From Glycera tridactyla (lineage: Eukaryota): 64,000 nucleotides of DNA. The stretch lies in contig OZ286467.1 of assembly GCA_965644265.1 (NCBI GenBank), forward strand, positions 63,302,001 through 63,366,000, read 5' to 3'. Position 1 is the stretch's first letter. Each line of letters begins with the position of its first letter. Positions 1-10,200 of the stretch are shown here, in pieces. Both the position numbers and the translations under genes were made by a program. Below the pieces are notes generated by a model that saw only the letters and a program-made list of their open reading frames with translations, was not told where the DNA came from and searched no databases.

Positions 1-79
1 AGTAACTGCTCACTGGAGATGAGTGTGATATTTCCAGGATGCTCAGCAAGAGTAACTGCTCCCAGGAGACGAGTGTGAT
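1..79. repeat. Two imperfect 29-bp direct repeats, 50-bp period
   Basis: agtaactgctcactggagatgagtgtgat (1-29) vs agtaactgctcccaggagacgagtgtgat (51-79). Confidence 0.8.
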
Positions 80-181
80 TTAGATAAACAGAGCCGCGAT
101 CAAGTAGCGTCCGTAGCAACCGAGACAACGAAGTGTGACGGAGAATAAACGTAATTCCACCACTGACAATGTCACCAAATC

Positions 182-570
182 GATTCGAATTCTCTCTAAT
201 GCATTGCGAGAGCGTAAACAAACTATCGCAATCAGGAATCTACTCGCGCAATACGTACGGGAGTCGAACACACGATTATATCATCCAGCCGGGACTGCCG
301 GCAGCGTAGACGACGTTTAGCCGGGATTGCGTGCCAGTCTACCGGCAGCGCTTCCGACCGTCTGGCCAAAGAGACCATCCAACGCGCGATCCTGATTCGA
401 ATTCTCTCTAATGCATTGCGAACCCGTAAACAAACCTATCTGTCGCGCAATGAAAAATTGACGAACCGCCGACTGGATAATCAGACTGCGAACCGTACCC
501 AACCGGCCACCGAAACTATCGTTGACACCACTCACATTTATCTCCAATGCATTGCGAGACGTGAACAAAC
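182..570. repeat. Dispersed direct repeat: two copies with a 28-bp identical core plus one partial copy
   Basis: gattcgaattctctctaatgcattgcga at 182-209 and 394-421, each followed by cgtaaacaaac; partial aatgcattgcgagacgtgaacaaac at 546-570. Confidence 0.85.
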
Positions 571-678
571 ATTTCCGCGTTCCGCCGATCAACACGATCG
601 GAGCTGTCAACTCATACTGATATGAAATTCACAGACACACTACATTGACCACTACATGTAGGCGTCATTTCAACACTT

Positions 679-717
679 CAAATCACATCAAATCACATCA
701 AATCACAATAATCACAC
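679..717. repeat. 10-bp minisatellite (aaatcacatc) x ~3.5
   Basis: Direct reading: caaatcacatcaaatcacatcaaatcacaataatcacac. Confidence 0.8.
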
Positions 718-1192
718 TCTATGCCTCCACCCCCGGTCACGGCGATCACCGCACACGCGCGAGCGTGCGTACCCAACGCAACTGTCACTTTCTTACTATT
801 TGTTCGCAAAACTATCCAATAGAACAATCCGAGATCATGTTAGATCCTAGTCTGTAAACAAACAATTATGATCCAATGCTCGAAATCGCAATCGCGGATA
901 GCCGTAGGCCTCGTAATATCGACGAATTACGGAGCCCAGGTATTCCTCAACCTTCTCGTACAACGCGAAGTTGAAAAATACACAGAGTACTCGGTAGTTG
1001 CTAGGGACAACAACAACAGTCCCACCTGCCATCTGGAGGAACTACCGGCGGCCGGGAGGGACACCCCTAAATAGGATATTTATTGTTTTAATGTTCGCAC
1101 GTAGGCCTATCGGCCCGGGGAATGCTAAATTTGAGGGAGAAATGGTACAGATAGATCTAATTTTACTTAATGTTCATCCTCTTTGCTTTCAG

Positions 1193-1216
1193 AAGCACCA
1201 GCAGTAGGTACCACAG
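1193..1216 (+). CDS. Unit 1 micro-exon A (24 nt): EAPAVGTT
   Basis: ctttgctttcag|AAGCACCAGCAGTAGGTACCACAG|gtatgt. Confidence 0.88.
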
Positions 1217-4200
1217 GTATGTAAACACCAGATTCTATTTTTTGCCGTCAGTAGTACCAACCTCGCCAAATTGATCAAATTGACCAATATATGATATCAT
1301 CATCCATCATTTTCCTATGTGTATTCCGATTCATTCCAGGGCAAAGAAGCATGAGAGCAACAATAATTAGTTCCGGATTCTATAGTTGATCATCTATTCT
1401 CCCAAGTCTGTCCTAAAGATATTGGTACTCCAGATTGATCAGGTGCATCTCGAAAAATATATGTTGGCTATTTCATTCAAATGCAATGGATCATCACTGA
1501 CTTTGCATATGTGAGCCTCATCACAATCGACATTCATATGTCATTCGATCAAGTCGAAAATGCGAAAAAACTATTCATGGATGGCCATTTCATCAAAAAT
1601 TCTGTCACTCCAAAATATTATTATAATAATTTATCTTACTCACTTTGTTATCTGTGTCTACTTACAGCAGCCCCAGGAGCACCTACAACAGGTACGTGAA
1701 CACCAACAAAATGCGCAAGTGATTTCCCGTTTTCGATTTCATCATTGTTGGACTGTACCTGTATGTCCCAATCACATCTGTGGTCCATGGGCATAGACAG
1801 CAAGGTATTGAGTGTCATCGATGGAATTGGTCTAATAGAGATGGTGCCCATATGGATATATGGATGTATTGAGCACCCTCCTACTTTTGATCCTATTTTA
1901 TATTTGTATACTTCTAAGAATCACTCTTCACTCATTCCACCTTCCTCTGTATCTCAACTGCTTCATATATAATGACAAAATACTTTTTGAAGACCAATAT
2001 TACTGAATGTTCATCCTTTTTGCTTTCAGAAGCCCCAGCAGTGGCTACCACAGGTATGTTTACACCAGTTGTTATTAATTGCCATCATTGGTACCAACCG
2101 CTCAGTATTGATCAAACTAATCCATATATAGAATTTCATTATCGTTCATTTTTCCATGCATATCCTGATTCATTTCCTGGCCGAGAGGCATGACAGAAAA
2201 TAAAGAAAATTCTGAATTTGATACCATCTTTCAAATTTCACTGTGCTCATATGGATTTGCAACTCAATATTGCACTCTATCTTCTGACCATATCGTGTTC
2301 ATGTGCCCTCCAAAGTATGTGCAAAAGATATCGGCTCTTGGTATTGAAAGTGTGCATCTGAAAAAATATATGTTGACTAAGCCATTCAAATGAAAGGAAT
2401 TATTGATGGATGGCCACTAAACTGATAATCTGTGGTTTATAGGACATGAAGGTGTCGAGGGTCACTGTATGATCATCATGTAAAGGCTGTCTTCAATGTT
2501 ATCAGGATATCAGAGAATGACATAAATGACATTCTTTTTTTTTGTTTTTTGCAGGACCAGCAGCAACAACAGCAGGTACAAAAAGTGAAAAGGACGTAGA
2601 CCAGGAATACAAATACTTTCGACCCACTACTCCTCTCATTTGCCAAGATGAGGCATATTACAATTCTTTGCTGACGATAATACCGATGGAATGTAAACAA
2701 ATGATAATTGGAGAGCCAAGGTATTCTGTCATTGACTTGAAGTCAATGCCGATGGTGGTTAAACAAATAGTCCCACCTGAAGGAAAATATGTTACTCTTC
2801 ATCTGGTCATTGTTCCACTGTTTCCCTTGATTTGTCTTTTTTATCCCTTGTGCACCTCATCCACCTCAGTCATCCCTGAATCTTCAAGCAAGGGGACACA
2901 TCATCATGTTCAATTATTCGAGTCTATCTATCAAGTGAATGTCGTATTTGATACCATGCATGGCAAGGCACAAATCTGGATTCAAGCACTTGGCAAGGTA
3001 ATATTTCAGAAGCTAGATCTTCGAAAAGAATGGAAGGGCTGTGCTAAGATCATATTGTCATAGATGCAATAGGCACTTTGCCTAATGCATCATCGAAGAA
3101 TATCACGACAGTTTGCTCGACACAGGCAGGGGCATGAAATCCTAATTTTATTACTCAGATACTTCTCGACATGTCCTGTATTTATGTCAGCTAAAGAACA
3201 TGTTGAATCTCTCTTTTGCCCATGTAGGACTGACACCATTTGCTGGAGGCGAAGAACTGACAACGACAGCAGCTGAAGAGGAGGAAGAAGTCTTCACAAC
3301 TGGTAGGTTTGATGTCGAAAGCATGCTCTTGATGTATATTCTGCATTCGTCATATGAATCTTCATATCAAAAACTTCCACTTGAAGTATTCAATATCCAA
3401 TTGAATTTTCCAAAATGTTGTATATTTTTGCACACCTTCACGACAGATTTTACTTCTCTTCTATTTTAAACCCTAGTATGTTATCACAAGCCACATCTGA
3501 GTTACTGGAGTCAAATTCCTAGTCTATACGGGATATGTTTAACAATATTAGTAGAATGAGTTTCAATACTGATAGTCTTTCATGAGTTGACACTTTTCAT
3601 TCAAAAATGTCAGTGCACTCTCATTTTCGAATATGCCTGATGGTAGATTTCATGCCTCATGAAGTCAATATCCCAGCTGCTGTGAAATCATTGAGAGACA
3701 ACATTGAGAGAAAATTTCGAGAGAGAGTTTGAAACGAATGGGATTCTCGGTGCTCAATCAATCACTTTTTACAACCGTGGTGACTAGCACAAAGGATTGT
3801 TGGTCAACAGTTGATACCTCTTCAGAACTTTGATTCATTCTACTTACCTACATACCCATCGATTTCAAAATTGATGCATGTGTCCTGTTTGAGAATATCG
3901 GAGGAAGGATGACCTTCACTGAATATTTATCTTCATTGCTTTCAGGAGCACCAGCAGCTGCAACCACAGGTATGTTGACACCAGTTGTTATTCATGGTCG
4001 TCAGTTGTACCAACCTCACCAAATAGATCAAAATGACGCATATATTTGCTTACATCATCGTTTCAAATGGATTGGGCTCCCTTCTTATTCTGATCATGTT
4101 TTATTTGTGCATACTTTTGAGACCTATCCATCATTCATTACACCTACTTGTATATCTCATTCGTTCCAATAAAAAAGCAGAATACTTTGGAAGGACTAAT

Positions 4201-7200
4201 TTTACTGAATGATCATCTTCTTTGCTTTCAGAAGCACCAGAGGTACCCACCACAGGTATGCATACACAAGTTGTTATCAATTGCTGTCAGTTGTGCAGAC
4301 CCCACCAAATCTATCACAAATGGACCTATATATATATGATTTCATCACCGTTCATTTGTCGATGCAAATCCCAATTCATTCACAGGCCAAGACCCATGAG
4401 AGCACATATATGGTTGTGAATTAAACATCTTTAATATTTCAATGTGTATATCGGGAAATGCAACTCGATTGAGCACTCCATCCTCCAACCTTTCCTCCAT
4501 CTGCTCGCTCAAGTCTGTCTGAAAAACATTGGCTCTGAAGATTGGAGGGTCATATCTAAAAAATATATTGAGCAGTCAATTCAAATGAAATGGATCACCA
4601 ATAACATTGAGTATATGAGACTCATCCATGTGATTATCCATATGTCAATATATGGAGTCAAAAATGTTGAAATTATTGACGTATGGCTTCTTGACCGAAA
4701 ATTCCGTCCCTTTGAAATATCATTACAATGGTTGACCTATCTGACTCTGTATCTTTGTCTACTTCCAGCAGCCCCGGGAGCACCAACAACAGGTACGTGA
4801 ACACCAATTAGAATCGATATTTGATTCTACTAAATAAGCAAAATGAATACCCAGTCTCGATTTCATCATTGTTTGACTGTACTTGAAGGTACAAATCAAA
4901 TCTGTTAACATGGAAGGATTGAGATTCAATGTTGGTATTCGTCCCGGGGAGATAGTGCTTTCATGGATGTGTGGATGGAATGAGCACCCTCCTCATGCTG
5001 ATCATATTTCAATTTCTTATACTGCTGAGAACCATGCTTCATCCATTTCACCCATATCTATAGCAGTAGCTACCACAGGTATGTTACACCAGTTGTCATT
5101 TATTGCCATCAGTTGTACCAACCTCTCCATATTGATCAAACTAATCAATATGTACAATTTCATCATCGTTTCTTTGTCCATACGTATCCTGATTCATTTC
5201 CTAGGCGAGAGGCATGACAGCGAATATATAGACTTCATCCACTCCACCCACATCTATATCTCAGCCATTCAAATGATAATGCAGAATTACTTTGATAGAA
5301 CTAATTCTACTTAATATTCACACTCTTTGCTTTCAGAAGCCCCAGCAGCAGCTACCACAGGTATGTTCACACAAGTTGTTATCTTTTGCGGTCAGTTGTA
5401 CCAACCTCTCTGTAGTGATCAAACTAATCGATATATAGAATTTTATCATCGTTTATTTGTCCATACGTATCCTGAATCATTTCCTAGGCAAGAGGCATGA
5501 CAGGGAATATATAGACTTCATCCACTTCACCCACATCTATATCTCATCCATTCAAATGATAATGCAGAATTACTTTGGGAGAACTAATTTTACTTAATGT
5601 TCATCCTCTTTGCTTTCAGAAGCACCAGCAGTAGGTACCACAGGTATGTAAACACCAGATTCTATTTATTGCCATCAGTGGTACCAACCTCGCAAAATTG
5701 ATCAAATGGACCAATATATGATATCATCATCCATCATTTTCCCATGTGTATTCCGATTCGTTCCAGGGCAAAGAAGCATGAGAGCAACAATAATTAGTTC
5801 TGGATTCCATAGTTGATCATCTATTCTCCCAAGTCTGTCCTAAAGATATTGGTACTCCAGATTGATCAGGTGCATCTCGAGAAATATATGTTGACTATTT
5901 CATTCAAACGCAATGGATCATCACTGACTTTGTGTATATGAGCCTCATCACACTCGACATTCATATGTCATTCGATCAAGTAGAAAATGTGGAAAACTAT
6001 TCATGGATGGCCATTTTATCAAAAATTCTCGCACTCCAAGATATCATTATAATAGTTTATCTTACTCACTTTGTTATCTGTGTCTACTTACAGCAGCCCC
6101 AGGAGCACCTACGACAGGTACGTGAACACCAACAAAATGAGCAAGTGATTACCCATTTTCGATTTCATCATTGTTGGACTGTACCTGTATGTCCCGATCA
6201 CATCTGTGGTCCATGGGCATAGACAGCAAGGTATTGAGTGTCATCGATGGAATTGGTCTAATAGAGATGGTGCCCATATGGATATATGGATGAATTGAGC
6301 ACCCTCCTACTTTTGATCCTATTTATATTTATATACTTCTAAGAATCACTCTTCACTCATTCTACCTTCCTCTGTATCTCAACTGCTTCATAAATAATGC
6401 CGAAATACTTTTTGAAGACCAATAGTACTGAATGTTCATCCTTTTTGCTTTCAGAAGCCCCAGCAGTAGCTACCACAGGTATGTTTACACCAGTTGTTAT
6501 TAATTGCCATCAGTGGTACCACCAACTGCTCAGTATTGATCAAACTAATCCATATATAGGATTTCATTGTCGTTCATTTTTCCATGCATATCCTGATTAA
6601 TTTCCTGGCCGAGAGGCATGACAGAAAATAAAGAAAGTTCTGAATTTGATACCATCTTTCAAATTTCACTGTGCTCATATGGATATGCAACTCAATATTG
6701 CACTCTATCTTCTGACCATATCGTGTTCATGTGCCCTCCCAAGTATGTGCAAAAGATATCGGCTCTTGGTATTGAAGGTGTGCATCTGAAAAAATATATG
6801 TTGACTAAGCCATTCAAATAAAAGGAATTATTGATGGATGGCCACCTAACTGATAATCTGTGGTTTTTAGGACATGAAGGTGTCGAGTGTCACTGTATGA
6901 TCATCATGTAAAGGCTGTCTTCAATGTTATCAGGATATCAGAGAATGACATGAATGACATTCTTTTTTTTGTTTTTTTCGCAGGACCAGCAGCAACAACA
7001 GCAGGTACGAAAAGTAAAAAGGACGTAGACCAGGAATACAAATACTTTCAACCCACTACTCCTCTCATTTGCCAAGATGAGGCATATTACAATTCTTAGC
7101 TGATGATAATACTGATGCAATGTAAACAAATGATAATTGGAGAGTCAAGGTATTCTGTCATTGACTTGAAGTCAATGCCGATGGTGGTTAAACAAATAGT

Positions 7201-10200
7201 CCCACCTGAAGGAAAATATGTTACTTTTCATCTGGTCATTGTTCCACTGTTTCCCTTGATTTGTCTTTTATTATCCCTGGTGCACCTCATCCACCTCAGT
7301 AATCCCTGAATCTTCAAGCAAGTAGACACATCATCATGTTCAATTATATGAGTCTATCTATCAAGTGAATGTCGTATATGATAACGTGCATGGCAAGGCA
7401 CAAATCTAGAATCAGGCACTTGGCAAGGTAATATTTCAGAATCTAGATCTTCAAAAAGAATGGAAGGGCTGTGCTAAGATCATATTGTCATAGATGCAAT
7501 AGGCACTTTGCCTAATGCATCATCGAAAAATATCACGACAGTTTGCTCGACACAGGGATATGAAATCCAAATTTTATTACTCAGATACTTCTCGACATGT
7601 CCTGTATCCATGTCAGCTAAAGAACATGTTGAATCTCTCTTTTGCCCATGTAGGACTGACACCATTTGCTGGAGGCGAAGAACTGACAACGACAGCAGCT
7701 GAAGAGGAGGAAGAAGTCTTCACAACTGGTAGGTTTGATGTCAAAAGCATGCTCTTGATGTATATTCTGCATTCGTCATATGAATCTTCATATCAAAAAC
7801 TTCCACTTGAAGTATTCAATATCCAATTGAATTTTCCAAAATGTTGTATATTTTTTCAAACCTTCGCAACAGATTTTACTTCTCTTCTATTTTCAACCCT
7901 AGTATGTTATCACAAGCCACATCTGAGTTACTGGAGTCAAATTCCTAGTCTATACGGAATATGTTTGACAACTTTAGTAGAATGAGTTTCAATACTGATA
8001 GTCTTTCATGAGTTGACACTTTTCATTCAAAAATGTCAGTGCACTCTCATTTTCGAATATGCCTGATGGTAGATTTCATGCCCCATGAAGTCAATATCCC
8101 AGCTGCTGTAAAAGCATTGAGAGACAACATTGAGAGAAAATTTCGAGAGAGAGTTTGAAACAAATGGGATTCTCGGTGCTCAATCAATCACTTCTTACAA
8201 CCATGGTGACTAGCACGAAGGATTGTTGGCCAACAGTTGATACCTCTCCAGAACTTTGATTCATCCTACTTACCTACGTACCCATCGATTTCAAAATTGA
8301 TGCATGTGTCCTGTTTGAGAATATCAGAGGAAGGATGACCTTCACTGAATATTCATCTTCATTGCTTTCAGGAGCACCAGCAGCTGCAACCACAGGTATG
8401 TTGACACCAGTTGTTATTCATGGTCGTCAGTTGTACCAACCTCACCAAATTGATCAAAATGATGCATATATTTGCTTCCATCATCGTTCCAAATGGATTG
8501 GGCTCCCTTCTTATTCTGATCATGTTTTATTTGTGCATACTTTTGAGACCTATCCATCATTTATTACACCTACTTGTATATCTCATTCGTTCCAATAAAA
8601 AAGCAGAATACTTTGGAAGGACTAATTTTACTGAATGATCATCTTCTTTGCTTTCAGAAGCACCAGAAGTACCCACCACAGTTATGCATACACAAGTTGT
8701 TATCAATTACTGTCAGTTGTGCAGACCCTACCAAATCTATCACAAATGGACCTATATATATATGATTTCATCACCGCTCATTTGTCCATGCAAATCCCAA
8801 TTCATTCACAGGCCAAGACCCATGAGAGCACATATATGGTTGTGAATTAAACATCTTTAATATTTCAATGTGTATATCGGGAAATGCAACCTGATTGAGC
8901 ACTCCATCCTCCGACTTTTCCTCTATCTGCTCTCTCAAGTCTGTCTGAAAGACATTGGCTCTGAAGATTGAAGGGTCGTATCTAAAAAAAATATTGAGCA
9001 GTCAATTCAAATGAAATGGATCACCAATAACATTGAGTATATGAGACTCATCCATGTGATTATCCATATGTCAATATATGGAGTCAAAAATGTTGAAATT
9101 ATTGACGTATGGCTTCTTGACCGAAAATTCCGTCCCTTTGAAATATCATTACAATGGTTGACCTATCTGACTCTGTATCTTTGTCCACTTCCAGCAGCCC
9201 CGGGAGCACCAACAACAGGTACGTGAACACCAATTAGAATCGATATTTGATTCTACTAAATAAGCAAAATGAATACCCAGTCTCGATTTCATCATTGTTT
9301 GACTGTACTTGAAGGTACAAATCAAATCTGTTAACATGGAAGGATTGAGATTCAATGTTGGTATTCGTCCCGGGGAGATAGTGCTTTCATTGATGTGTGG
9401 ATGGAATTAGCACCCTCCTCATGCTGATCATATTTCAATTTCTTATACTGCTGAGAACCATGCTTCATCCATTTCACCCATATCTATAGCAGTAGCTACC
9501 ACAGGTATGTTACACCAGTTGTCATTTTTTGCCATCAGTTGTACCAACCTCTCCATATTGATCAAACTAATCAATATGTACAATTTCATCATCGTTTCTT
9601 TGTCCATACGTATCCTGATTCATTTCCTAGGCGAGAGGCATGACAGCGAATATATAGACTTCATCCACTCCACCCACATCTATATCTCAGCCATTCAAAT
9701 GATAATGCAGAATTACTTTGATAGAACTAATTTCACTTAATATTCACCCTCTTTGCTTTCAGAAGCCCCAGCAGCAGCTACCACAGGTATGTTCACACAA
9801 GTTGTTATCTTTTGCGGTCAGTTGTACCAACCTCTCTGTAGTGATCAAACTAATCGATATATAGAATTTTATCATCGTTTATTTGTCCATACGTATCCTG
9901 AATCATTTCCTAGGCAAGAGGCATGACAGGGAATATATAGACTTCATCCACTTCACCCACATCTATATCTCATCCATTCAAATGATAATGCAGAATTACT
10001 TTGGGAGAACTAATTTTACTTAATGTTCATCCTCTTTGCTTTCAGAAGCACCAGCAGTAGGTACCACAGGTATGTAAACACCAGATTCTATTTATTGCCA
10101 TCAGTGGTACCAACCTCGCAAAATTGATCAAATGGACCAATATATGATATCATCATCCATCATTTTCCCATGTGTATTCCGATTCGTTCCAGGGCAAAGA

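Larger units (their letters stand above)
1..1159 (-). mobile_element. Left end (ITR + leader) of a second DIRS-family element, antisense, truncated by window start
   Basis: 1121-1141 (aatgctaaatttgagggagaa) matches the DIRS ITR at 61392-61412 at 19/21. A further block gttcg..cgt.ggc at 1093-1106 lies at nearly the same spacing. Two leader motifs (664-673, 615-636, minus strand) match 54587-54596 and 54611-54632. No ICR or right extension seen, so read as a left end. CpG-rich relative to the array. Confidence 0.7.
1193..5619 (+). repeat. Array unit 1 (4427 bp)
   Basis: Exon A start to next exon A start; shares C-E intron variants with unit 4. Confidence 0.97.

Noticed and set aside
80-1074. 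Short ORFs in the first kilobase as host genes or gag
   Set aside because: No recognisable domain, all under 100 aa, overlapping on both strands; better explained as CpG-rich element leader.
2476-2700. Minus-strand ORFs with a Cys run (TCCCCCWSC), resembling a metal-binding peptide
   Set aside because: This is just the antisense of exon D (CAGCAGCAACAACAGCAG); ORF limits vary between units.
1193-5360. Antifreeze glycoprotein identity
   Set aside because: Fish AFGPs are strict (Ala/Pro-Ala-Thr)n tripeptides; these are Glu/Gly/Val-containing octapeptides ending in TT. Only composition is similar.
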